Shown here: positions 49,301 to 64,000 of the stretch, piece after piece
Position numbering within the stretch: position 1 is the stretch's first letter
How the letters are laid out: each line of letters begins with the position of its first letter
Source: the human T2T-CHM13v2.0 reference genome, Homo sapiens
Direction: 5' to 3' (one strand)
Length of the DNA: 64,000 nt
NCBI RefSeq assembly: GCF_009914755.1
Contig: NC_060932.1
Notes under the pieces: model-generated
Told to the model about the DNA's origin: nothing
The model's database searches: none
What the model saw: the letters and a program-made list of their open reading frames with translations, nothing else
Made by a program: the position numbers and the translations under genes

Positions 49301-52300
49301 ATTGTCTTTGACTTTCCTAATTTTATTATTTTATATGATTTAATTTTTTATGTCCTCACTGAGCATATCAGGTGTACTTAAAAGAAATTAGAGGTTGCCT
49401 TAAAGTTTGCAATATACACTTAAACCTAATCTGATTCTAATTTCAAATAATACTATACCACTTCACAGAAAGTGTGAGTACCTTTAAGTAACGTTATAAG
49501 AATGAAATAATCTATTCCCTCTCTTCCTTTATATCATTGCCATAATGAATTTTGCTTATACATAAGCATAAATATCTATTATCTGACAGTCTTCCTTTCA
49601 TTATATAGATATGAGTTTCTGTTTTATATCATTTTCCTTTTCTCTAAATATTTCTTTTAATATTTCTTGCAAGGCAGGTCTGACAGCAACAAATTCTCTC
49701 ATTTGTTGATAAATTAATTGTTTCCTCGTTACTTTTGAAGGATAATTTTTCAGGTTACAGAATTCAAGGTTGGTGATTTTGTTGTTGTTGTTGTTGTTTT
49801 GTTTTGTTTTGTTTTTCAACATGTTAAATATTTTACTCCAACCTCTTCTTGTATGCATGATTTCTGAGAAGTCAGATGTAATTCTCCTCTATAGGTAACG
49901 TATTTTTTATTCTCTGCTTTCTTTCATTTTTTCTTTGTTTTTTTTTTTCTAGTTTGAAAAGTATATAGTTAGATATGTTTTGTTGTTATTTGGTAGGTTG
50001 GGTTTTCATTTTTGTTTTTGCAGCTATCTTGTTTGGTGTTTTTTGAGCTTCCTGGATCTGTGGTTTGATCTTTGACGTTCATTTGAAGAAATTTTCAGTC
50101 ATGTTAATATGTCTTGTAATTTTTCTTTGTAGCCTGACATGATGTACTGGATAGAAGACACTACTATAAATAGACCTTTAGTAATGTGGTTGTAAGGTGT
50201 GTGGGTGAGGGGAAGTGCTCTTAATCCTATACTCAGACCTCAGTGTTTTAGTAAGCCCATGTCTCTGAACTGTAAACTTCACATGTGCTTCACAGTTTTC
50301 TCTTCCTTTAGGTGGGACCAGAGGCCTAAAATGGGCTACAGTTTGGTATTTCCTTTCCTCCAAGTGGAAAGCTAGAGTTAGAGTTGAATATTTTTCTTCC
50401 TTCAGGTCAAGCAGATTAGAGTTCGATTAAACCATTTCTCTTGAGAGAAGATCTTGTTAAGGAGAATGAAATGCTCTGAAGTATTTCAAATTGTTCTTCC
50501 CCTCCCCTCACTGGAAGAACCAAGTGATTACTATCTGATACTTACTATAAGTACATGCTAAAACTCCAGGATGTAAAAACTCATAAAAATTCGAGCATCA
50601 TAGTAATGGGTTCTCCCTGGAGTTTTTGTGTCTCAGGCTTGCCCACACCAAGCTCCAACAATTTGTCAGTTACAATTCAGGTTTCCCTACGCTCGCGTCA
50701 TTTCCCATGGAAATTTCAGCTTATGGGTTTCTGCTCTGTTAAGTTTTGATTGTCTGTTTTGTGTATCAATCTCTCCAATTTCTGGGGCAGTGGTTTTCTC
50801 TGTGACCTCACTTTTTTTAAGGATGTATGAAGAGTTGCTGATATTTCAGTTTGTTCAGCATTTTGCTTGTTATTAAGATGAAGTGGTGACTTCCAAGCTT
50901 CTTATATACTGGATCAGGAACCATAAATCTCATTTTGTTAATTTTTTAAAGTGATGTGCTTTGATTTCCTTCAGGTTTTCTTTTCTGTATTTTTAATATA
51001 TATTTCCTTTTTTCCTTTGGTTACTGTGGGGCTTACATAAAACACCTTATAGTTATAACTGTCTATTTAAAACTGATAACAATTTAAGTGCAATTACATA
51101 CAATGAGTCTACACTTTTACTCTTCTCCCTTCTCACATTTATGTTACTGATGCTGTTTATTTATTAACGTATTTCTATAATTATAATTTTTATTCATTTT
51201 GCTTTTAACTTCTATACCAAAATTAATAGTGATTTATGCATCAGTGTTATAGTATTACAGTATTCTATTTTTGTCTTTATAGTAATCTTTACCTGTGATT
51301 TTTATAATTTCATATGCTTTCATGTTGTGGTTTAGCATCTTTTCAATTTAACTTGAAGGACTCCCTTTAGCATGTTTTGCCTAAGGCAGGTCTAGTTATA
51401 ATAACCTCGCTTAGCTTTGTCTGGAAACATCCCTCTCGTTTTCATTTTCGAAGGATAGTTTTGCTGCATCTAATTATATTTGTTGATGGCACTTTTCTTT
51501 CAACATTGAATATGTTATATCTTCTTCTGACCTTCAATGTTTCTGCTGAGAAATCTGCTGATGGTCGTATGGAGGTTTCCTAGTAGGTGATAATTCATAT
51601 TTTTCTTGCTGCTTTCAAAATTAACTCTGTCTTTGACTTTTGACAATTTGCCTATCAAAATCAAATTGTCTTTGATTCTGTGTCTGTATGGGTGTGGAGT
51701 TCTTTTGATTTATTTTATTTGGGAGGCATTGGGCTTCCTGAATCTGGATGTCCACTTCTTTCCCCAGGTTTGGAAAGTTTTCAGCCCTTATGTCTTTACA
51801 TAAACTTTCTGTTTCTTTCTCTCTCTTCTCCTTTGGGAACTCTCATAATGCACATGTTGGTCACCTTGATGATATCCATAAATCATTTAATTTTTCTTCA
51901 CTCTTTTACTCTTTTTCTGTTGTTGTTTTTTTTCCTTTTGCTTGTTATTAAGCTTTTCTGTCAGGAAAATTTCAAATTACCTATCTTCAAGTTCACTGAT
52001 TAATTTGCTTTATAAAGTCTGCTGTTAATCCCCTCTAGTGAATTTTTAATTCAGATATTCTATTCCTGAGTTGTAACATTTGATTCTTTTTTATATTTTC
52101 TCTTTATCAAAATTTTTATTTTGTTCACATATTGTTTTTCTTAGCTTGCTTATGATTATTTTGAATTTTTTGTTGGGTAACTCCTATACCGCCATTTCTT
52201 TAGTGTCAGTTTCTGAAGTTTTATTTATTTATTTATATCTTGATTCATCAGTTTTCCCATTTTTTTCATGTTTCTTATAAATATGTGTTAGTATCTGCGT

Positions 52301-52824
52301 ATTTGAAAATACAACTATCTATCTCTTTAATTTTTCATACATACGTTCATACAGGGAAGGACTTTTATCACTTAGCCTGGCAAGAGATTCTTTGGGCTTC
52401 TCAAGCCTTTTCTTTAGATGTATCTTCTTGGACTTGTGCTTGTAAATTTCTAATTCAAGATATTTTCTATTTTTGGTTTTTCCCCTTAGGCACTCATAAC
52501 CTCTTGCTCTCCCTAGTGTCTGCTTGTTGTAGCACTGGTCCTCTGGAGAAGCAGAATGCTTCCCAGCTCTTTTTTTCTCAATGACACCCAGATATCTAGA
52601 GTATGCTGGGTCTCATCAGTGCTCTGAGAGAGATGAGACAATGTCTGTTCCTCTGGCAGCTCCTGTCTTCTTTAAAAGTGTGAACATTGAATGTATGTTT
52701 CAGTCTTTTTTTCCATCCCTAGGGGGAAACTGGTTGCTGGGAGTTTTCTCTTAATCACATAGTGCTGTGCTGGGGGTAGAAACACTATGACAAGAGGGTA
52801 GTGTAAACTCTTCTAATAGTCTTC

Positions 52825-53228
52825 TGCTATGGTTTGAATCTTTGCCATCTACAAAATTCATGTTAAAATGTTATTGCTGTTGTAATAGTATTAAGAGGTG
52901 GAATGTTTAAGAAGTAATTGAATCATGAGGGCTCCACCCTCTTTGATGGGATTGGTGCAATCATAAATGGGCAAGCCCAATCCCTCTTGCTCTCTCTTTT
53001 CCTTTTGCTCTGATCTCTTGTGAAGAAAAGTGTTTCCTGTCCTCTGGAGGATGTAGCAACAAGACATAATCTTGGAAGTAGAGAGCAAAACCTTACCAGA
53101 CACCAAACTTTCTGGTGCTTTGATATTGGTCTTATCAGCTTCCAGAATTGTGAAAAAATGTGTTTCTGCTCTTTATAAATTACCCAGTCTTAGATATTCT
53201 ATTATAGCAGTACGAAACAGACTAAGAA
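52825..53228 (+). mobile_element. MSTC/MSTD-type MaLR solo LTR
   Basis: Starts tgctatggtttgaat, contains aatcatgagggctccaccctc, and ends ataaattacccagtct...tatagcag...aacagactaaga. Confidence 0.88.
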
Positions 53229-53309
53229 TCTATGTGGTGGTTTCATGTTCACTCAGATACAGAAGCCTCTTAATGGATTTCTGGGTTTCTTACAAACAAA
53301 ACTCATCTG

Positions 53310-53638
<329 letters not shown>

Positions 53639-53845
53639 TTAGTGTCTCCATGGGAGGAGTAAGAGTCTGGTGCTTCCTATTCCACTGTCTTGTTTGAAAC
53701 CAATTTATTTGTATTCTTTAATTAGAGTATATTTCTCTCAGTTACTACATTATGAATCAGTTATTTTAAAATTATTTTAGAAAATGTAATTATGTTATCT
53801 AATTATGAAAATAATGTAAACATTATGTATACATTTGAGAAAAAC

Positions 53846-54840
53846 TATTGGGGGAACCAGCCCCCAATATTTCAACATAGTTTCTTTCTGTTTTCCCTAA
53901 GTGTCAGCCAGTCTGAGAAATAAAGAGAAAGGGTATAAAGAGAGGTAATTTTACAGCTGGGCCTCTGAGGGTGCCATCACATATTGGTAGGGCCGTGATG
54001 GCGACCTCGAGCTACAAAATCAGCAGGTTTTTATTAGGGATTTCAGAAGGGGAGGGGGCACACGAACAGGGAGTAGGTCACAAGGATCACATGCTTCAAA
54101 GGGCCATAAAGATCACAAGGCAAGGGCAAAATTAGAATTACTGATGAGGGTCCATGTCCCACTGTGCACGCATTGTCTTGATAAACATCTTAACAGTAAA
54201 CAGGGTTTGAGAGCAGAGAACCGGTCTGACTAGAATTCACCAGGCTGGAATTTCCCAATCCTAGCAAGCCTGAGGGTACTGCAGGAGACCAGGGCATATT
54301 TCAGTCCTTCTCTCGACTGCATAAGACAGACACTCCCAGAGCTGCCATCTATAGACCTACCCCCAGGAATGCATTCCTTCCCCAGGGTTATTCCTTGCTG
54401 CAAAAAGAATTCAGCGATATTTCTCCTACTTGCTTTCTGCAAGAAGAAAAATATGGCTGTATTCTGCCCAACCACGCAGGCAGTCAGACCTTATGGTTAT
54501 CTTTCCTTGTTCCTGGAAAATTGCAGTTATTCCGTTCTTTTTTAGGGTGCACTGATTTCATATTGTTCAAACACACATGTTTTACGGTCAGATTTCATGT
54601 TGTTCAAACACACGTTTTACAAACAATTGGTACAGTTAACACAATCATCACAGGGTCCTGAGGTGACATACATCCTCAGCTTACAAAAATGATGAGATTA
54701 AGTGATTAAAGACAGGCGTAAGAAATTATTAAAGTATTAATTTTGGGAACTAATAAATGTCCATGAAATCTTCACAACTTAATTCTTCTGCCATGGCTTC
54801 AGCCGGTCCCTCCGTTCGGGGTCCCTGACTTCCCGCAACA
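53846..54840 (-). mobile_element. MER11 (HERV-K HML-8) solo LTR
   Basis: The reverse complement begins TGTTGCGGGAAGTCAGGGACCCCGAACGGAGGGACCGGCTGAAGCCATGG and ends GGCTGGTTCCCCCAATA. 6-bp TSD aaaaac at 53840-53845 and 54841-54846. Confidence 0.95.
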
Positions 54841-57276
54841 AAAAACAGATTATAAAACATGTAACTTATAACTATACTCTTGTCAACATCTCCTGTTAAC
54901 CTTTCCTATGTGTTGTTTAGGCTTTCAATTAAGGAGCAGAGAGCTTTTGTACATTTTAACAAAGTTGAATACTATAAAGTTAGTGGAACACTTTTTCATT
55001 GCACATTGAAAAGTGAGCATATTTCTATCAGTAATCATTTTAAAAAATATTAACTTATTGGCAGTATAATATATTCTATGGGTTTTCATAATTTAATCAT
55101 TTACCTTTTGATTACCATTTACATTGCCTAAAATGTCTGAAATACAGTTTTGTATACTTAATATATAAATATGTAGATATTTACCTGATTTTTTTCCTAA
55201 GAAAATTTTGTACAATTAATGGTATTTCCTCAATGTGTATAAATATATCATACTTGATACATATTATAAATTACTTCCTATAAAAGCTCTAACAACTTTT
55301 TCATGCTCTTTGCTTAGGTTTTGATTTGAGCACTAGATAGTCAATATTCTAATGTATAGAATGGTATGTAGTTTGTAACAGAGGAAGTGTCATAAATCAG
55401 TGGGAAAAGGCCAGTAATTTTTAAAATAAAATGTGTTAGAAAATTATCTGTACAAACAGGAAAAATAATCAAGTTATTTAACCCAACATAATGTGTCAAA
55501 AATTATTTCAAATGAACTAGTTATTAATGAAATATCAATAGGAAGAAAATATGGGTAAGCAATTTTTATTCAGTGGTTCTATATACAAAATAATGAGATT
55601 AAGGGTAAAATAATAGTTTCAGAATAATCAAAAATACTATTACAAAAGAGATGTATTAAGAAGGAGTTTACAAAGTCTAATAAGAAAAACATGAACATTT
55701 CAGTTTAAAAATAGAAATGGATTTTATCATATCATTTTAAGATTGTTTCAAAAAATAATTTTTAAAAATTTTCACTGTTATTTACTGTCACTATTGTGTA
55801 CAGAAATGAAGGTTGGGTCACCAATATCTGTATGAAATATGATTTTACATATAGTGATCGAATTCATTTGAGTTTAAATAACCAAGATGTAATAAAATAA
55901 ATCTCTTTACTACAAATGGTTTACCTGCCCCTGTGTAGACTACTTTAATATAAACCAAGCAGAATATGTCTTGAATCTAAATTAATTATTGTGAAATTAA
56001 TCAGGTACGTCATTATTTCACATAACAAAAAAATTACTCATACTGTACACTTGGTACAAGTGAGTGAATGCGTTGCATGGTACCATCCATGTACTTCCTT
56101 TGACCAGTTCAATTAATAGTAGTTATTCATCTCTGAAACAATGCTGCTTAAATAATTGAACTGAAATCATTATAGGTAGTTAGGCAGTGTTAGGATGAGG
56201 TAACTAATCAGTGTATAATATTTAAATGGACAGTTACCCTGGTTAACTAGAATGTATGACTAAATATGATTACAGAAACTGAAAACATAGAAACTTCTCC
56301 TTTTGACACAAATATGAAAATATTTTCCTTCTATTGATTTTGCGCTAGTTATAGTGCACTGTGCCTTACACATTAAGTTAGAGTATCTCTTTTGATGCTC
56401 TAACAAACTCTGTGACACAAAGTCATTTAACTACTTCAGCTAAAATAGAATTTTGATTCAGAATGTCAGGCTGAACATACTTTCCCTAGCACACAATATC
56501 TTATTGAAATGAAGCATATACACTTATCTATTTAAGTACATCCTTCCATGTGTATTTAGATTCAACATAGTGCTAGAAAAACTGAAGGGTTATATTAGTG
56601 AATCACACATATTTTTGGAACTTGGTAATCATACAATTCTTATGTTATTTGAAACATTTCCCTTTTAATGTTTCTACTTGCTTAGCATCTAATCAGTCAT
56701 TTGGTACTGCTATCTAAATTCTTTTTTGGTGCTCTACCCCTTCTGCATAGCCAGAAGTCCCCCAAGTATCAGTCACTTGACTTCGTTTATTTTGACTGTG
56801 GTGTCTAAATGCAATTGACTTTGGGTCAATTGTCAGTCTTTTCCTTAAAACCTTCCCTCTGACTACATCAACAAGAATCAATTTTCATTTCAGGCAATCA
56901 ATAAGTCATAATTTATATAATCAACAATAATTGTTCAAAATAATGAGAAGTATCACTTAAATGGTGTCAGAATTGTAGATTCGAAACTGAACTAAGCAAG
57001 AAAATTAATGAAAATGCAAGCTCTTTATGAAATAAACATAAAAAAGACTTAAAAATTAAATTGGAATATCAAAAACATAAAATTCCACCAAAACTAGTTG
57101 TGATTTCAACAGAGTATCAATAAAAATCTTGATGAGTATACCCAGAGTAATTAAGTCTGTTGACTACTGAAAATAAAAAGAAGTTAAGGAGTATTTCTAC
57201 CTTGCATAAAGAGGTGACTAATTAATTTCTAAATTTTGATTAAAATAAACTGATATTCAAATGCATAGTTCTTTGA

Positions 57277-57659
<383 letters not shown>

Positions 57660-58664
57660 ATTATACTTAATTTTCTTCATAAAATTTGAGAATCCAGGTT
57701 TGATATGTGTTTAATATTAATTTAATAATACTTTTATTAATTATATTTTTTCTAAAATTTCTATTTGGTTATTTTTTGTAATCCAATTGGCCAATTATGA
57801 ATCTCTTTTTCTTCCATAAGTGTAGTCTTATATTTGCTATTTCATCATTGTGATGTCTCTATCTATGTGTATATTCGCTACACATAGAAAGTATACATAT
57901 ATATACACAAAAATGTATAATAGTGTGTCTGCATATATATATATGTATGTAGACATGTTTTTAAGAGTATAGTGACTATGTGCTGATATACTAATATATT
58001 TGCTAATAGAGCATGTATTTCATTGAGAGTTTATATTCCCTAAAATAGCATCTTATTATATAGAGAGATTCTTTGAAGCTTGGGATAAGGTTAATTCATT
58101 CAGAAATAATTTATTTTCCTTTATTCCAAGCATTCAGAGTCACTAAAACCCAGTATGGTTTGAAAATGAATGTTTAGTTAAAGGATTTTATTGCCTCACA
58201 GGTGGTATGGACTCTAGCCCCAATATCATGAGTGAGAAATTTTCAGAGACTTGCTACCTTTTTGTTTTTTCATTTAATTCAGAGCCAGGACCAAGAGAGG
58301 AAAATATCTCCAGGAGCTCTTTCTCTGAGGTGGGCTTTTTCCACTTCACCCACTGAGAGTATTGCTCTTTGGGGGCTTATGTAGGAGGATTTCCACATTT
58401 GATCTTTCACACGTACTTTGCTACTGCCTCCAGGGCTTTCTTACCCACCGCCAGACAGATACAACTGTACACTTTCTTTTTATTAATGTTTTTTGATAAA
58501 TTCTGTTGCTGTTCTGCCACCTCATATAGTTTTAAATATTTTATCCAGAATTTTTAGGAGGACTACTTGGGGAAGGGTTTCAGAAAAATCTAAGCCACCA
58601 TATTCTGAGCTTTTCCTTATGCTCAAGAAAACCTTTGTTTAATGTTGAGATTCTTGAGAATATG

Positions 58665-58990
58665 CATTCTTCCAACAAATATTTGTTGAGTGCCTATATG
58701 TAGATACATAAGTGAACAAAAGATAAATATCCTTGCCTTGATGGAGCTTGCATCCTAATGGCTAGAAAATATAATATACAATAAGTATAAGCAATAAACA
58801 AATCAATAACTTATACAATAAGTATAAGCAATAAACAAATCAATAACTTAGATGGCAACACACACCTTGGGGATAGCAACAGAGAAGGATGAAAAGCTAG
58901 AAGGAGCAGTATAGAGTAGTCACGGTGATCTCATTGAGAATGTGAGATTTGGGCAAAGATTTAAAGTTGGTAAGAAAGATGAGGTAAATG
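58665..58990 (-). mobile_element. L2 3' end
   Basis: caacaaatatttgttgagtgcctat...agtgaacaaaagata...ccttgccttgatggagcttgcatcctaatgg. Confidence 0.75.
58775..58848. repeat. Perfect 37-bp tandem duplication
   Basis: tatacaataagtataagcaataaacaaatcaataact occurs twice (58775-58811 and 58812-58848). Confidence 0.95.
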
Positions 58991-60702
58991 TATGGTTTAA
59001 TTGGTTATTGGGCTGGACATCAAATCTGGATAATCTCTTCTTCCTTGATCTGTAGATGGCTCCATAGACATAGCATTTGTCTTACATTGCCTGCTGAGAA
59101 GGGGAGAAAGGGGTAAATGTGGGAGCAATAGATAGTAAGAGGGGATCTCTAATACCAAATATTGCCCTTCTTCACCTTCCCTATTTTGCAGTGAGTAACC
59201 ATATTCTGATAATTTCTGTGACTAATTCTATAAATATATTATTTTAGTAAGTTCTTTGGAAGTCTCTGAGGCATATTCAAAATTTAATTTTTTAATTTGT
59301 ATTTCTCTAGATTTCCTCAGGTTTGTCTATAACTGTTTTCCAAATCACACATTTCTAACATTAGATAAGTGTACATTTATTTTTTTCTTATGCCAAGTGA
59401 CAGGTACTTAATATACAAGGGATATTTTGTGTATAGTATTCATTCTTTAGGAGAACAACCTCTTTAAATGTGCCACAGAATTCAGAAGGCATTGTATAAT
59501 TGGAAATTAATCAAAACTTCATTCTTCTCAGATGCACTTATCTTTAAGAATTTGCTCTACAGGGCTATAAATGCTATCTATATTTATCTGCAAATAAATA
59601 TACATTTTTAATAATAAAGAAGTAGTGTTTAATATTGGGTAAAGTATTGATGTTTACATGGTATTCGCATTGGTATGGACTGTTACAGAGATGTAAAGCC
59701 CTTTCTAACCAAGTTATTTCTTAACATTTTTAAAGCAAACTATATATATTTGGAAGGAGAATATATTCAGAAAACATTCTCAAAAGGGAAAATAAAGTTC
59801 AAAGATAACATTAATTGGTACTATTACTTTATACTTTTCTTCCTTTAGTAGTCTATCTTTACAAGGAGAGGAATCCATTCAGCTAATGGATGTCGTGCTC
59901 AAAGTTGCCTCGGCATTGTCCATCCTGAGATATATTCCTGTTCCAAACCTGTTTTGGTATGTTAGACTAGTAGGCTGAGGTTTATCTTAAAATAAGAGGA
60001 TGTCCTTTAATAATCTCTCTAATCATTAGTTTCTATTTAAACTGAGACCTTCACTATCCCAGTGCTGATGCTAATAGCCAGTAGGGAATTATTCTTCTTA
60101 TCGTAACTTCTTCTGGCTTAATTTAGAATTAGAATAAAATGATTTTATTAGACTTGGGACTATTTCTGGGCGTATGATAAACAACAGAAAGAAAAGGAAC
60201 AAGGCCTGATGTTTAATTTCTGTGAATCCTTCTGATATTCTTCTTTTCCTTTGCCTTAAGATAAAATCAAGTTTGTTCTTTTCATAATGATCTAATGCTT
60301 TCAGGTCTTCCGAGTCTGAGTCTTGATAAGGGTCTTTAAATATTACTTTTAACTACAAGTTCCACTACATTTTGTAAACATAAATGAATATGACCTTGAG
60401 ATAATAATAAATAAAATTTTGTCTATATAGTTCATGATTAAGTCTTTTCATTTAAAAATGTGTTACAATCCTGCAGATCATCGTATGTTATTTGTCATTT
60501 TCTATATAAGGGAGGAGGAAAGGGTATCCAAACAACATTTATCTTGACAGCATAAGTTCTTAAAAATGGAAAACATGATCAGAGGCTGAATGAGTAAAAT
60601 TAGGAACAACAATCAGGGTAGGGAGTAATTGCATGATTCTGTTTCTAGTCCAAAATAGTAATATTAATATTTAAATGTTCTTATTTAAGTGTGAAGATAC
60701 AA

Positions 60703-60992
60703 TTTTTTTTTGAGGCGGAGTCTCACTCTGTCGCTCAGGTGGGAGTGCAGTGTCATGAGCTCAGCTCACTGCAACCTCTGCTTCCTGGGTTCAAGCTATT
60801 CCCCTGCCTCAGCCTTCCGATTAGCTGGAATTACAGGTGCGCGCCACCAGGCCCAACTAGTTTTTGTATTTTTAGTAGAGACGAGGTTTCGCCATGTTGG
60901 CCAGGTGTTCTCAAACTCCTGACCTCAGATGATCTGCCCGCCTCGGCCTCCCAAAGTGCTGGGATTACAGGCGTGAGCCACCGCGCCTGACC
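60703..60992 (-). mobile_element. AluS (Sx/Sz-like)
   Basis: Antisense dimeric Alu ending gcgtgagccaccgcgcctgacc. Confidence 0.95.
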
Positions 60993-62299
60993 AGAATATA
61001 TGATTTTTATATGTATTTGAATTCAAGTTTTTTGCCTAGGTCAGGAGGGTTTTGCTGTATTGTCTTCATTGAGATGAATATTTGCTATGGTTATCATAAA
61101 GACCATAGACAATGATTCGAGTAGCCAGTTCCCCCTCTAGGGAATGAGACTGCGTCATAGATTTTGCAACAATGGTTTGGGTTTTCCAATTTTGTCTTGA
61201 CTTCAACACAAAGAAAAATTCCTGTGGCCTTATTCCTCTTTGTTGTTATATATACTTCTCTGTGACCTACATAGGGTTTGACTTCCAAGAATTATAGTAG
61301 TACAGGTCTCATAGTTAAAAATAATGGATTTCTTTGGTACATGTTTAAGTGCATTATTTCCTTATCTATAACAATTGCTAGGAGCTTCTATGCCTTTCTT
61401 TATATCCTTGCTGATTGACTAAAAGAAGATACATAGTTTCTACTATCATATGTTTTGGTGGAAGAGTTCCTCTTACTTTTAAGAGAAAAATCTGTGAGAA
61501 AATATTTCACATAATTCTACGCATACGTTATACTTTTACATTGTAATATAATTTTAATATCATTTTCTGCTGTAAAAAAAGACAACAGAAGAGTTACCAT
61601 AAATTTTTATTTAAACAAAATAAATGATTGACAACAGTAGAATAACCTTTTAATTTTTTATTATAAATATTGAAGTAACTATTACATGAGGAGAAAAAGA
61701 TAGACTATCCTCATAATTATGCCAACAAAATTATTGAATCCCACTTCATTTATCTTGAAGTACTTATTCCATTGTATGTTGATGTTTATTTTTTGCTGGT
61801 GGTAAATTATATTTAACAATTGTTACCGTGTTATTTTAGCCATAATTTTTAAAGAATTATGCTGTGCTCTAATTTCTTTACTATTTTGGTAACATCAATA
61901 ATTTTTATTATGTTGATATATGCTCTTTTATGCTAGAAAACAAATAGGGATGCCTTCAAGTGATCAAAAAACTTGTTTTTGATAGTTTATATACTTTATA
62001 AAATTATGATAAAGTTGTATATGTGTCTTTATATTTAGGTTACTACTGCTGTGTTTAAAGTTTTCAGAATTAAATATTGATATGTTTCAGATTTCATAAC
62101 GTAGAAAATATTTTGAAATACTAATTTTAATTTATATATTGCCAAGTATTTAAATCATGATGATAATTTAAAATGTTATGTAGATCAAGGGATTTTTATT
62201 TTAATACGTTGATAGTTACAAAGTTATAATAGAATTCACCTTCAAATGTATCTTGGCCTTAGAGTGACTTTACAAGTTTGAAAGAATAATGATAATAAC

Positions 62300-62547
62300 A
62301 TCGATTTATTGTAATAACATGATATTGTGTTATACTGTGTACCAGGCAACATGCTAAATACTTTATATGCCCCATGTGGTTTATATAAGGCTTAAAGTAA
62401 GGACTCCTAATTAATTTTTCCATTTTAAAGATGAAAAATTTGAAGCTCAGAGGGGTTATGTCATTTATCTAAGGTGACATAGGAAGTAGCGGAGTAGGTT
62501 CAAACTGGGCCAATGTGGCCTCAAAGCCCTTGTTTTAACTGCTACTA
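62300..62547 (-). mobile_element. MIR
   Basis: tactgtgtaccaggca...ccattttaaagatgaaaaatttgaagctcagaggggttatgtcatttatctaaggtgacatag. Confidence 0.85.
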
Positions 62548-63002
62548 TAATCAGTAGAGTGTTAGTACAGCCCAAGATATAGGCTCTGGAAAGTGAATTT
62601 TCAAATATTTATCAATATTGTGGGTTTGTTATTAAACTATCAGAAATTTCAAATGAGCCATGGTGGAAATATTTAGACCTTGGAACTCAGCAAATGCTAC
62701 AGATCAAGGTTTCTTCTATATTCCCCTTTCCTTCCTGCATTGTACAGTATACTAGCATATCAGTGCCTTTACTGCCAAAGTCTTGTCAGTGTTTGCAATA
62801 TTACATGTATTATGTTAGAGATATAAATACTGGGCGTAATCTTTTACATCTTGTATTAAGTACTGTCTATAAACTGGAATCTATTAAGAAACTTACTATT
62901 AATAGTTATTGAATTAAATACATTAACTTTTGTTGCTAAAATATCTAAAATAATTTATTAAAGACAAGAATGTGTGAAATGAACTATCTCTCTTCTTTTC
63001 AG

Positions 63003-63112
63003 TGATAGTGGAAAGTGGAAATATAATTTCTTTTGTGGGTTATATTAACTCTGGATGCTGTAACATTTATAGAAGTATTATAGGATTTGTGAAACTACGA
63101 TCAAATAAAGTG
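63003..63112 (+). CDS. CNBD1: Internal coding exon (110 nt, phase 1 to phase 0) of cyclic nucleotide-binding domain-containing protein 1
   Basis: Strong acceptor (ctatctctcttcttttcag|) and donor (GTG|gtaagt). The open frame reads xTG-IVESGNIISFVGYINSGCCNIYRSIIGFVKLRSNKV, which fits the cNMP-binding pattern (I..G......I.SG). The gene name is recalled from memory, not from a database search. Confidence 0.85.
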
Positions 63113-63304
63113 GTAAGTTTTCAACATGTATTCTTTTTAATCAATTAATCTACTCTAAAGAATAGTGTCAGATACCTTTTCATGTACTTACTAGACATTT
63201 ATTTGTATTACTTTGTGAAATTTCTATTCAATTTTTTGAAATTTTTGTGTTTGTTTTTGGTTTAGTTATAAGATATAAGAATATAAGTTGTAAGATATAT
63301 TGAT

Positions 63305-64000
<696 letters not shown>

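Noticed and set aside
54230-54661. ORFs inside MER11
   Set aside because: This is a solo LTR with no gag/pol/env sequence.
61094-61288. 64-aa minus-strand ORF in non-repeat sequence
   Set aside because: Non-ATG start, no recognisable homology and no good splice signals. I cannot exclude a decayed pseudogene without a search.

Overview
This is AT-rich primate (most likely human) genomic DNA. Nearly all of it is one long intron filled with interspersed repeats. The only convincing host coding sequence is a 110-nt internal exon on the + strand (63003-63112, [V]IVESGNIISFVGYINSGCCNIYRSIIGFVKLRSNKV), which I recognise from memory as part of the C-terminal cyclic-nucleotide-binding region of CNBD1. 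The repeats include a full-length antisense L1PA2-like element (33131-39165; ORF1 and ORF2 disabled, 5'UTR and ORF0 retained), a full-length antisense L1PA8-10-like element with two nested Alus, a sense L1PB1 interrupted by an L1PA4/5, an L1PA16, older L1M relics, about 13 Alu/FLAM copies, a solo MER11 LTR, two MST LTRs, MER33/MER58/MER91 DNA transposons, MIR/L2 fragments and a 3'-truncated U2 retrocopy. I found no prokaryotic-type system, CRISPR array or novel gene family. The best lead is the L1PA2 antisense promoter/ORF0: its first splice donor is in phase with the downstream exon, which predicts an in-frame ORF0-CNBD1 fusion, and a 1-nt deletion extends this ORF0 to 152 aa. Repeat subfamily names are by-eye assignments from remembered consensus sequences, and boundaries of old elements are approximate.
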